37,726 nucleotides of DNA from a virus (Duplodnaviria; Heunggongvirae; Uroviricota; Caudoviricetes). The notes below the pieces were generated by a model. The model saw only the letters and a list, made by a program, of their open reading frames with translations. It did not search any database and was not told the origin of the DNA. The first letter of the stretch is position 1; every line of letters starts with the position of its first letter. Location: the IMG/VR virus record IMGVR_UViG_2711768052_000002; one strand, given 5' to 3'. The position numbers and the translations under genes were made by a program. Shown piece by piece: positions 8,349 to 16,120 of this stretch.

Positions 8349-8783
8349 ATGTCCGGTAATATCTATACGCTGTACAAATCCCACTGTGAAAATGTTGGAA
8401 AGTATCGGGGCATTGAAATCAGTGGGGTAGTGTCATCAGTCGAAATAAGCAAAGTTGAATCAAGGGCAACATTACTTACTCTTTTGGACCTTGTCTTACA
8501 TGAGCACCGGAAGAAATTCGGCACTCCCTATAATCAGTTGAATGGGAAAAAGGCTCTGGTTCACCTTATTCTGATGAAGCATCACTGGATGCCAAAACAG
8601 ATTAATGAGATGAAATTTGATGAACTTCTTCTTTCAATTCAGGATGAACTCACACTTGATAAAATAAGCGTAACCGCCCAGAAATTTTTAGATTATCGAG
8701 ACTGGAGATCACAAATTCATCACTTTGATGATTTTGACGAAAATGAATGGGATCCTAATTTGTCTGCACAATATCTAAAGTAA
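8349..8783 (+). CDS. hypothetical protein (AT-rich, early-left region)
   Basis: 144-aa ORF starting 8 nt after a GGAAAAG purine-rich stretch; no recognisable motif. Confidence 0.45.
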   Translation: MSGNIYTLYKSHCENVGKYRGIEISGVVSSVEISKVESRATLLTLLDLVLHEHRKKFGTPYNQLNGKKALVHLILMKHHWMPKQINEMKFDELLLSIQDELTLDKISVTAQKFLDYRDWRSQIHHFDDFDENEWDPNLSAQYLK

Positions 8784-8976
8784 CATCCTGTGATAAAACC
8801 GTGATTTCCTGATCCAGTTTTTTTAAGGAGTCTATTGTTTCCTGTCGATAAGACAGCACTTCACGAAGCTGGTTTATAGCTGCCAGCTTCTTTGTCATCC
8901 ACTCATAAATTTCCTCATCTGTGTAGCCAGGCGCGACGATTTTGGGTTCTGTTTTGTGCATTTCACATCTCCTCAA
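8755..8976 (-). CDS. hypothetical small protein
   Basis: 73-aa ORF, convergent with 8349..8783, amphipathic/coiled-coil-like (LREVLSYRQETIDSLKKLDQEI); weak support. Confidence 0.3.
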   Translation of the reverse strand: MRRCEMHKTEPKIVAPGYTDEEIYEWMTKKLAAINQLREVLSYRQETIDSLKKLDQEITVLSQDVTLDIVQTN

Positions 8977-9018
8977 GTTATCAGTTACTTGTTGATGGGG
9001 ACCAGATTGTTAAAGAGC

Positions 9019-9044
9019 TAAGCGTCCTGTAGGGCGCTTTTTTG
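9019..9044 (+). terminator. putative intrinsic terminator hairpin with T-tract
   Basis: AGCGTCCT-GT-AGGGCGCT imperfect stem followed by TTTTTT; between the early-left small genes and the 3' end of cI. Confidence 0.35.
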
Positions 9045-9195
9045 TTGCTAACGAATCATCCTGGACTTCATATGCCCCAGGCGGCTACTTCGTGGGCGTC
9101 CTGCCTGTTCGTTGTTTCGCTTGGGTACATTATGTATCTCAAAGGTACATTGTCAAGTATAAAAAAACCTGCCGAAGCAGGTTCATAAACATTGA

Positions 9196-9870
9196 TTAGG
9201 CTTTGATTTTGTATCTTCTTGGTTTTCCTGAGAAAATCACTGTACCAATTATAGAGCAATTACCGTTGATCTTAATGTAAGGCTCAGGCCAGTTTGGGTT
9301 TAACGCTTTGAGATAACGCTGTGTCCCATCTTCTATCAACCTTTTGAAGGTGGTTTCGCCTGTATCGTGCATCAATGCAATAACGTCGTCACCGTGGCAG
9401 GCAGGTACTTCAGGATCGACAAAAATCATGTCTCCCGGGCGGTACTCATCAATCATTGAATCACCTATCACCCGCAAGATATAAGTCATTTCCCCACAGG
9501 GTACAGGGCAGGGATACGTTTCTGCTGTGCTCAAATCAACCTCAGAATATCCAACTTCTTTCCATGCTCCGGCCTGTACCCATGATATGACAGGGACTAA
9601 TGTGATTTGTTTATTAGTGATTGAAACATCAGGTTTTTTTGTGATGTTCGTTGTCTGGTGTTCTTGATCGAGCCATCCGACAGGCAGGTCGAAACATTTT
9701 TCGATGTGTCGTGCCATGCTGTCACCGATATTTTTAGTAGCACCATCTCCCATAAACCTGCTGGTCTGGGTTGGCTCGCGATCAATCATAGTGGCAAAGG
9801 AAGAATTCCCGCCAACACCATCTCTCAGTTTTCTGGCGTTAGACCGCCGGATGTCATGGATTGTTTTCAT
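9196..9870 (-). CDS. cI: CI-like phage repressor (N-terminal HTH, C-terminal LexA/S24 peptidase autocleavage domain)
   Basis: C-terminal S24 signature VIGDSM with downstream Lys-containing segment; N-terminal DNA-binding region; divergent from a cro-like gene across an operator-bearing intergenic region. Confidence 0.85.
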   Translation of the reverse strand: MKTIHDIRRSNARKLRDGVGGNSSFATMIDREPTQTSRFMGDGATKNIGDSMARHIEKCFDLPVGWLDQEHQTTNITKKPDVSITNKQITLVPVISWVQAGAWKEVGYSEVDLSTAETYPCPVPCGEMTYILRVIGDSMIDEYRPGDMIFVDPEVPACHGDDVIALMHDTGETTFKRLIEDGTQRYLKALNPNWPEPYIKINGNCSIIGTVIFSGKPRRYKIKA

Positions 9871-9885
9871 AACGAAATTAAAACC

Positions 9886-9955
9886 CTTGTACCGTTAAGG
9901 TACAAGTATCTTGAAGGTTCATTTCAATCATGTAATATGTACACCGGAGGTACAT
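9886..9955. promoter_or_regulatory. immunity-region operator/promoter (OR/PR-like)
   Basis: Two palindromes sharing a GTAC core: CTTGTACC-GTTAA-GGTACAAG (9886..9906) and ATGTAC-ACCGGAG-GTACAT (9937..9955); sigma70-like -35 TTGAAG (9911..9916) and -10 TAATAT (9933..9938) at 16-nt spacing, then GGAGG RBS and cro ATG at 9961. Confidence 0.55.
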
Positions 9956-9960
9956 ATTGT

Positions 9961-10161
9961 ATGAAAGCGTATTGGGACTCTTTAACCAAAGAACAGCAGG
10001 GCGAGTTGGCCGGAAAAGTTGGCTCAACACCTGGCTACTTACGGCTGGTTTTCAATGGCTATAAAAAAGCCAGTTTTGTGCTGGCTAAAAAACTTGAGCA
10101 ATGCACGTCAGGTGCAATTACGAAATCTGACTTAAGACCGGATATCTATCCGAAAGATTAG
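9961..10161 (+). CDS. cro: Cro-like HTH regulator
   Basis: 66-aa ORF divergent from cI with RBS GGAGG; HTH-like segment LAGKVGSTPGYLRLVFNG. The track's longer ORF (9658..10161) overlaps cI and is rejected. Confidence 0.6.
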   Translation: MKAYWDSLTKEQQGELAGKVGSTPGYLRLVFNGYKKASFVLAKKLEQCTSGAITKSDLRPDIYPKD

Positions 10162-10192
10162 CAGAACACTTTCAATTTTTAACCACAGAACG

Positions 10193-10756
10193 ATGAGGCT
10201 AACCGTGGGTAAGCATCACTGGAAAATAGAAAAACAGCCTGAGTGGTACGTGAAAGCTGTCAGAAAAACTATCGCGGCGTTGCCGGGTGGTTACGCTGAA
10301 GCGGCTGACTGGCTCGATGTAACAGAAAACGCTTTATTCAACCGCCTTCGTGCAGATGGCGATCAGATTTTCCCGCTGGGATGGGCAATGGTTTTACAGC
10401 GTGCTGGTGGCACTCACTTCATTGCTGATGCTGTGGCGCAGTCTGCAAATGGCGTCTTTGTGTCTCTTCCTGACGTGGAGGATGTGGACAACGCCGATAT
10501 CAACCAACGCCTGCTGGAAGTCATTGAACAGATCGGCAGTTATTCAAAACAGATTCGTTCAGCAATTGAAGACGGTGTAGTGGAACCGCATGAGAAGACA
10601 GCAATTAACGATGAGCTGTACCTCTCAATTTCGAAGCTGCAGGAGCATGCAGCACTGGTCTACAAAATCTTTTGCGTTTCAGAAAGTAGTGACGCCCGCG
10701 AGTGTGCAGCTCCGGGCGCCGTGGCGTGTCGTGACTGTGGAGAAACTAACGCATGA
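10193..10756 (+). CDS. phage regulatory protein, CII-like (phage 186 CP76-type pattern)
   Basis: Position directly after cro; central region [47 protein letters not shown] resembles the recalled CP76-family pattern; C-terminal Cys-rich tail. Confidence 0.45.
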   Translation: MRLTVGKHHWKIEKQPEWYVKAVRKTIAALPGGYAEAADWLDVTENALFNRLRADGDQIFPLGWAMVLQRAGGTHFIADAVAQSANGVFVSLPDVEDVDNADINQRLLEVIEQIGSYSKQIRSAIEDGVVEPHEKTAINDELYLSISKLQEHAALVYKIFCVSESSDARECAAPGAVACRDCGETNA

Positions 10757-11091
10757 ACAGTTTAACAACACACTACCGTCGCTCGCAACTGATTGCGCTT
10801 CCTGTACCGGGTGGAAAAGCGAAGGTGGAGTATTGCTATGCAGTAAATGTACCAGGTGACAGGGAAATTGTAACCCACAGCTTTGCAGAGTGGGCTGTGG
10901 GTGATTTCAACCGGCAGAAGGAGACAGTCCTTTGCGACAAGTTAACCGCTGGTTCAAAGATCACTACGGAGTGCCCGTCAGAGTCATTCGTTGGGAGCCG
11001 GAAACACAACGGGTTATCTACCTCTGTGAAGGCTATGAGCATGAGTGCTTCAGCCCGCTCGAACAGTTTCGTTGTAAATTCAGGGAAATAG
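10753..11091 (+). CDS. hypothetical protein
   Basis: 112-aa ORF with ATGA start/stop overlap with the upstream gene (translational coupling); no motif recognised. Confidence 0.35.
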   Translation: MNSLTTHYRRSQLIALPVPGGKAKVEYCYAVNVPGDREIVTHSFAEWAVGDFNRQKETVLCDKLTAGSKITTECPSESFVGSRKHNGLSTSVKAMSMSASARSNSFVVNSGK

Positions 11092-11100
11092 AGGTCGGTC

Positions 11101-12042
11101 ATGAGCACTAAATTAACCGGCTATGTATGGGATGGTTGCGCTGCATCAGGCATGAAATTATCCAGCGTGGCAATTATGGCCCGCCTGGCTGATTTCAGTA
11201 ATGACGAAGGTGTGTGCTGGCCATCAATTGAAACCATTGCCCGTCAGATTGGCGCGGGGATGAGTACCGTCAGAACGGCTATCGCACGGCTGGAAGCAGA
11301 AGGCTGGTTAACGCGTAAGGCGCGTCGCCAGGGTAACCGCAATGCGTCGAATGTTTATCAGCTTAACGTTGCGAAGCTTCAGGCAGCGGCATTTTCTCAA
11401 CTGTCAGATTCTGACCCGTCAAAATCTGACGCATCAAAATCTGACCCGTCAAAATTTGATGCGTCGAAATCTGGCAAAAAAGCGGGTTTTCACCCGTCAG
11501 AATCTGGCGGGGATCCGTCAGTAAAATCAAAACATGATCCGTCAGATAAAAAAACTTCTCGTCCGGACGCTTCGCAACCGGACACGCAGACGGCTGAACA
11601 GGAGTTTTTAACTCGCCATCCTGATGCGGTTGTATTCAGCCCTAAAAAGCGCCAGTGGGGAACGCAGGATGATTTGACCTGCGCACAGTGGCTCTGGAAA
11701 AAAATCATCGCCCTGTACGAGCAGGCCGCCGAATGTGACGGCGAGGTGGTTCGTCCCAAAGAACCGAACTGGACAGCCTGGGCAAACGAAATTCGCCTGA
11801 TGTGTGTGCAGGATGGTCGTACTCACAAACAAATCTGCGAGATGTACAGCCGCGTCAGCCGCGATCCGTTCTGGTGCCGTAACGTGCTCAGCCCGTCGAA
11901 GCTGCGGGAAAAATGGGATGAGCTTTCCCTGCGCTTATCGCCGTCCGTCAGCATGTACACCGAAAAACGCGAAGACCCGTACTTCAAAGCCAGTTACGAC
12001 AATGTGGACTACAGCCAGATCCCGGCAGGATTCAGGGGGTGA
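11101..12042 (+). CDS. replication initiator, lambda O-like (N-terminal HTH DNA-binding domain, internal iteron-encoded linker)
   Basis: N-terminal HTH segment (IETIARQIGAGMSTVRTAIARLEAEGWL); central low-complexity SDPSKSDASKSDPSKFDASKS encoded by tandem iterons; position after cII-like gene. Confidence 0.7.
   Translation: MSTKLTGYVWDGCAASGMKLSSVAIMARLADFSNDEGVCWPSIETIARQIGAGMSTVRTAIARLEAEGWLTRKARRQGNRNASNVYQLNVAKLQAAAFSQLSDSDPSKSDASKSDPSKFDASKSGKKAGFHPSESGGDPSVKSKHDPSDKKTSRPDASQPDTQTAEQEFLTRHPDAVVFSPKKRQWGTQDDLTCAQWLWKKIIALYEQAAECDGEVVRPKEPNWTAWANEIRLMCVQDGRTHKQICEMYSRVSRDPFWCRNVLSPSKLREKWDELSLRLSPSVSMYTEKREDPYFKASYDNVDYSQIPAGFRG
11405..11555 (+). repeat. candidate replication-origin iterons inside the O-like gene
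   Basis: At least four tandem 15-bp units CTGAC(C/G)C(G/A)TCAAAAT (about 11411..11470), more degenerate copies (CCGTCAGAATCTGG, CCGTCAGTAAAATC, CCGTCAGATAAAAA), then an A-rich stretch. Confidence 0.5.
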
Positions 12043-12533
12043 TCATGAGTCTTTTGAATGACGTTCAGAAATTCATTGAAGCCCATCCGGGGTGTACTTC
12101 CGGAGACATTGCGGATGCTTTTGCAGGTTACTCACGACAGCGCGTTCTGCAGTCAGCAAGCAAGTTACGTCAGAGTGGGCGTGTGGCTCACCGTTGTGAA
12201 GGGGATACACGCAGACATTTCCCGCGCCTGACTGAGAGAGCGCAGGAGCCGGAACCACAACCAGTTCGTGAAACCAGACCTGTGCGCAATTTCTATGTCG
12301 GCACTAACGATCCCCGGGTGATTTTGTGCCTGACCCGCCAGGCTGAAGAACTGGAGTCAAGGGGCTTATACCGTCGTGCTGCAACCGTGTGGATGGCGGC
12401 ATTCCGTGAAAGCCACTCCCAGCCAGAACGAAACAATTTTCTGGCGCGTCGTGAGCGGTGCTTACGGAAAAGCAGCAAGCGCGCTGCATCGGGTGAAGAG
12501 TGGTATCTGTCAGGGAATTACGTGGGGGCTTAA
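12039..12533 (+). CDS. hypothetical basic protein (possible DNA-binding, follows replication initiator)
   Basis: 164-aa Arg-rich ORF beginning at GTG overlapping the O-like stop; no confident family assignment. Confidence 0.45.
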   Translation: MIMSLLNDVQKFIEAHPGCTSGDIADAFAGYSRQRVLQSASKLRQSGRVAHRCEGDTRRHFPRLTERAQEPEPQPVRETRPVRNFYVGTNDPRVILCLTRQAEELESRGLYRRAATVWMAAFRESHSQPERNNFLARRERCLRKSSKRAASGEEWYLSGNYVGA

Positions 12534-13186
12534 TGAGTAATAAATATTGCCAGGCGCTGGTGGAACTGCGGAACAAACCAGCCCATGAACTGAAGGAAGT
12601 GGGCGATCAGTGGCGCACGCCGGACAACATTTTCTGGGGAATTAACACCCTGTTTGGCCCGTTTGTTCTGGATCTGTTCACTGACGGTGATAACGCCAAA
12701 TGTGCTGCGTATTACACGGCGGAAGACAACGCGCTGGCGCATGACTGGTCAGAACGTCTTGCGGAGCTTAAAGGGGCTGCCTTTGGTAATCCCCCATACA
12801 GCCGCGCCAGTCAGCATGAGGGACAATACATCACCGGCATGCGTTACATCATGAAACATGCCAGTGCCATGCGTGATAAGGGTGGGCGCTATGTTTTCCT
12901 GATCAAAGCTGCCACCAGCGAAGTGTGGTGGCCGGAAGATGCAGATCATATTGCTTTTATTCGCGGGCGTATTGGTTTTGAACTGCCTGCCTGGTTTATC
13001 CCGAAGGATGAGAAGCAGGTGCCGACAGGCGCTTTCTTCGCTGGTGCTATTGCTGTTTTCGACAAGACCTGGAAGGGACCGGCAATCAGCTACATCGGGC
13101 GCGATGAACTTGAGGCATGTGGTGAGGCCTTTCTGGCGCAGGTTCGCCAGCAGGCGGAAAAACTGGTCAGGGAGATGGCGGCATGA
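12533..13186 (+). CDS. phage N6-adenine DNA methyltransferase (Dam-like, orphan)
   Basis: Catalytic motif FGNPPYS (NPPY/DPPY motif IV of N6-adenine methyltransferases); start placed at ATG overlapping the upstream stop (TAATG); no adjacent restriction endonuclease gene. Confidence 0.8.
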   Translation: MSNKYCQALVELRNKPAHELKEVGDQWRTPDNIFWGINTLFGPFVLDLFTDGDNAKCAAYYTAEDNALAHDWSERLAELKGAAFGNPPYSRASQHEGQYITGMRYIMKHASAMRDKGGRYVFLIKAATSEVWWPEDADHIAFIRGRIGFELPAWFIPKDEKQVPTGAFFAGAIAVFDKTWKGPAISYIGRDELEACGEAFLAQVRQQAEKLVREMAA

Positions 13187-13509
13187 CGACATTAACTCAA
13201 TGCCAGCAGCAGGTGCTGGATATGCTGATTTCTTATCAGAAAGAGCGTGGCTTTCCGCCAACCAATCAGGAGGTGGCAACCATGCTGGGATACCGTTCGG
13301 TGAATGCAGCGGTGGAGCATCTTCGCGCACTGGAGAAAAAAGGCGTCATCACGATAAAGCGTGGCGTGGCCCGGGGGATAACGCTTCATACCGCGGTGAA
13401 GGACGACGACAGCGAGGCGGTCGGGATTATCCGCGCACTGCTTGCCGGTGAGGAAAACGCAAGGCTGCGTGCAACCCACTGGTTACATGAGAGGGACCTG
13501 AAAGTATGA
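13183..13509 (+). CDS. LexA N-terminal DNA-binding-domain-like protein (no peptidase domain)
   Basis: TQCQQQVLDMLISYQKERGFPPTNQEVATMLGYRSVNAAVEHLRALEKKGVI parallels E. coli LexA residues ~1-70 (recalled ...[52 protein letters not shown]...); the ORF stops after 108 aa with no S24 motif. Confidence 0.65.
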   Translation: MTTLTQCQQQVLDMLISYQKERGFPPTNQEVATMLGYRSVNAAVEHLRALEKKGVITIKRGVARGITLHTAVKDDDSEAVGIIRALLAGEENARLRATHWLHERDLKV

Positions 13510-13895
13510 AGCTGATCCTGCCTTTTCCGCCCAGCGTGAACACGTACTGGCGACACCCCAACAAAGGGGCGTTTGCTGGTAAGAGCCTGATAAGCGCGGC
13601 GGGGCGAAAATTCCAGAGCGCGGCGTGCGCAGCAATAGTTGAGCAGTTACGTCGTCTGCCGAAACCAACGTCGGCACCTGCTTCAGTGGAGATCGTGTTG
13701 TTTCCTCCGGATAACCGGATCCGCGATCTTGACAACTATAACAAGGCGCTGTTTGACGCCCTGACCCACGCGGGTGTGTGGGAAGACGACAGTCAGGTGA
13801 AAAGAATGCTGGTGGAGTGGGGGCCGGTTATCCCGGAAGGGAAGGTCGAGATCACTATCAGTAAGTACGAGAAAACGGCGGGTGCAGCCGCCTGA
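13506..13895 (+). CDS. rusA: RusA-family Holliday junction resolvase
   Basis: Size 129 aa and conserved RusA pattern (LPFPPSVNTYWRH, catalytic-region DLDNYNKALFDALTHAGVWEDDSQV). Confidence 0.85.
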   Translation: MKLILPFPPSVNTYWRHPNKGAFAGKSLISAAGRKFQSAACAAIVEQLRRLPKPTSAPASVEIVLFPPDNRIRDLDNYNKALFDALTHAGVWEDDSQVKRMLVEWGPVIPEGKVEITISKYEKTAGAAA

Positions 13896-13914
13896 TTAAG
13901 AGGAGAAACGAAGT

Positions 13915-14712
13915 ATGAATAATCTGATGGTCATTGATGGTATTGAAGTTCGTCGTGATGCTTATGGGCGTTACAGCCTGAACGATCTGCACAGGGCTGC
14001 CGGTTCTCAGGATAAGCATAAGCCTGCATTCTGGCTCCGCAATGAGCAAACCGAACGTTTAATAAGCGAGTTGCAGATTTGCAACTCGGTCAATATAGAG
14101 CCAGTTAACGTTAGTCGTGGCGGAAATAACCAGGGGACGTATGTCTGCAAAGAACTGGTGTATGCCTATGCAATGTGGATCAGCCCGTCATTCCATCTGA
14201 AGGTGATCCGTACTTTCGATATGGTAACCAGCGCACCGGAAAAATTATCCGGGCAGGCTGCTGACAAGATGCAGGCTGGCGTGATTCTGCTGGACTTTAT
14301 GCGCCGGGAGTTAAACCTGTCTAACTCATCTGTGCTTGGGGCCTGTCAGAAACTCCAGGAGGCTGTTGGCTTACCGAATCTGGCACCACGCTATGCCATT
14401 GATGCTCCTGCTGACGCGCCTGATGGCTCAAGTCGCCCTACGCTGTCGCTGAGTGCACTGCTGAAACAGTATGGTATCCGCCTGACAGCTAATCAGGCAT
14501 ATCACCAGATGGCGAAGCTGGGGATCGTTGAACAACGCGAACGATACAGCCGTACCGCGATTAACAACATCAAAAAATTCTGGTCGCTGACGGCGAAAGG
14601 CTGCATGTTCGGCAAGAACATCACCAGTCCTGCAAATCCACGCGAGACGCAGCCGCATTTCTTCGAATCCCGATTCCCTGAGCTGTTAAAGCTGCTCGAT
14701 ACCGTTCATTGA
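13915..14712 (+). CDS. KilA-N domain protein (antirepressor-like)
   Basis: N-terminal KilA-N-like pattern (YSLNDLHRAAG...KPAFWLRNEQTERLI); strong RBS AGGAG upstream. Confidence 0.7.
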   Translation: MNNLMVIDGIEVRRDAYGRYSLNDLHRAAGSQDKHKPAFWLRNEQTERLISELQICNSVNIEPVNVSRGGNNQGTYVCKELVYAYAMWISPSFHLKVIRTFDMVTSAPEKLSGQAADKMQAGVILLDFMRRELNLSNSSVLGACQKLQEAVGLPNLAPRYAIDAPADAPDGSSRPTLSLSALLKQYGIRLTANQAYHQMAKLGIVEQRERYSRTAINNIKKFWSLTAKGCMFGKNITSPANPRETQPHFFESRFPELLKLLDTVH

Positions 14713-14713
14713 G

Positions 14714-15709
14714 GTGACCGTGAGAGCACTACTGACCCCTGAAATTGCCCCGCGTATGGGGATCGTATTGTTCAGACCAGGTTCAGAGCTGATGCCCCTG
14801 TTTATGCAGGGGCGTGTACTGCTGGAGCCTGAGCCGGAACGTTATTCATCTTTCGCCAGTGGTGCCGTTCCCGCGGCATCACAACCGCTGGCGGATGATC
14901 CTGCTGTTCGGGCCGTGTTCCGCAATGAGGCAGTGATCCGTCGTGCTGGTGGCGTGGAATGTCTTGAAAGCTGGTTACTTCGTGAAAAAGGCTGCCAGTG
15001 GCCTCATTCCGACTGGCACAGCGAGAACATGACCACAATGCGACACGCTCCGGGCGCAATCCGTCTGTGCTGGCACTGTGATAACCAGCTGCGCGATCAG
15101 TTCACGGAACGGCTGGAATCAATGGCAACGGATAACTGTGCCCGCTGGGTGTTGTCTGTTGTGCGTCGGGATCTCGGTTTTGATGATAGTCACGTTGTGA
15201 CAATGCCGGAACTGTGCTGGTGGCTGATTCGTAATGACCTGGCGGATGCCTTACCGGAAAGTGCAGCCCGTAAGGCACTGAGATTACCAAAGCCTGTTGT
15301 GCCGTCTGTCACCCGGGAAAGTGACCTTGTGCCTTCGGTTCCTGCCACCAGCATCATCCAGGATAAGGCAAAAAAGGTGCTGGCGCTGAAAGTGGATCCG
15401 GAGTCGCCGGAGTCTTTTATGTTACGCCCAAAACGTCGCCGCTGGGTTAATGAGAAGTACACGCGCTGGGTTAAGACACAGCCGTGTGCATGTTGTGGAA
15501 AGCCCGCTGATGATCCCCACCACCTGATAGGCCACGGTCAGGGGGGAATGGGTACAAAAGCGCATGACCTCTTTGTGTTGCCTTTGTGCAGAAAGCATCA
15601 CGACGAGCTGCATGCGGATACCGTGGCATTTGAAGAGAAGTATGGCTCCCAGCTGGAGCTGATATTTCGTTTTATCGATCGTGCGCTGGCAATTGGCGTG
15701 CTGGCCTGA
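14714..15709 (+). CDS. DUF968-like protein (C-terminal Cys/His zinc-binding, HNH-like)
   Basis: C-terminal CACCGKPADDPHHLIGHGQGGMGTKAHDLFVLPLCRKHHDELH; common in the nin region of lambdoid prophages. Confidence 0.5.
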   Translation: MTVRALLTPEIAPRMGIVLFRPGSELMPLFMQGRVLLEPEPERYSSFASGAVPAASQPLADDPAVRAVFRNEAVIRRAGGVECLESWLLREKGCQWPHSDWHSENMTTMRHAPGAIRLCWHCDNQLRDQFTERLESMATDNCARWVLSVVRRDLGFDDSHVVTMPELCWWLIRNDLADALPESAARKALRLPKPVVPSVTRESDLVPSVPATSIIQDKAKKVLALKVDPESPESFMLRPKRRRWVNEKYTRWVKTQPCACCGKPADDPHHLIGHGQGGMGTKAHDLFVLPLCRKHHDELHADTVAFEEKYGSQLELIFRFIDRALAIGVLA

Positions 15710-15726
15710 TTTGGTGGAGAAAGTTG

Positions 15727-16092
15727 ATGCGTGATATTCAGATGGTTCTTGAGCGTTGGGGAGCATGGGCGGCGAGTGATAGTTCAGGCGTTGACTATTC
15801 ACCTATAGCTGCTGGGTTTAAGGGACTTCTTCCCTATACCAGCAAGAAACGCTTGGCTTGTTCGGATAGTGATGCATTAATTATTGAAGGTTGTCTTGCT
15901 CGTCTAAAGCAAAAAAGACCTTATGAGCATTCGCTTCTTGTGGCACATTATTTATACAGAATATCCAAGCGTAAGATTGCAAAGGCGCGTGGAAAGGATG
16001 AGAAATTGATACGTATAGAAATACAGCTAGCCGAAGGATTTATTGATGGCTGCCTTTCCATGCTAGATCTAACATTAGATTTGGACGTTTAA
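15727..16092 (+). CDS. Q: late-gene antiterminator Q (phage 82/21 type)
   Basis: N-terminus MRDIQMVLERWGAWAA and overall size match the recalled phage-82-type Q family; ATG 15727 preferred over the track's TTG 15724. Confidence 0.8.
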   Translation: MRDIQMVLERWGAWAASDSSGVDYSPIAAGFKGLLPYTSKKRLACSDSDALIIEGCLARLKQKRPYEHSLLVAHYLYRISKRKIAKARGKDEKLIRIEIQLAEGFIDGCLSMLDLTLDLDV

Positions 16093-16093
16093 T

Positions 16094-16118
16094 AATACGC
16101 CCCATGCAGGGGCGTATT
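16094..16118. terminator. perfect hairpin between convergent Q and KAP-NTPase genes (possible bidirectional terminator)
   Basis: AATACGCCCC-ATGCA-GGGGCGTATT, 10-bp perfect arms; lies between the Q stop (16092) and the minus-strand stop at 16121. Confidence 0.45.
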
Positions 16119-16120
16119 AT

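Noticed and set aside
9658-10161. 167-aa version of the cro ORF
   Set aside because: The 5' extension overlaps cI and the operator/promoter region; the ATG at 9961 with a GGAGG RBS gives a Cro-sized product.
12749-13330. 193-aa minus-strand ORF overlapping the Dam methylase and LexA-like genes
   Set aside because: Lies antisense to well-supported coding sequence in a GC-rich region where long spurious ORFs are common; no RBS or motif support.
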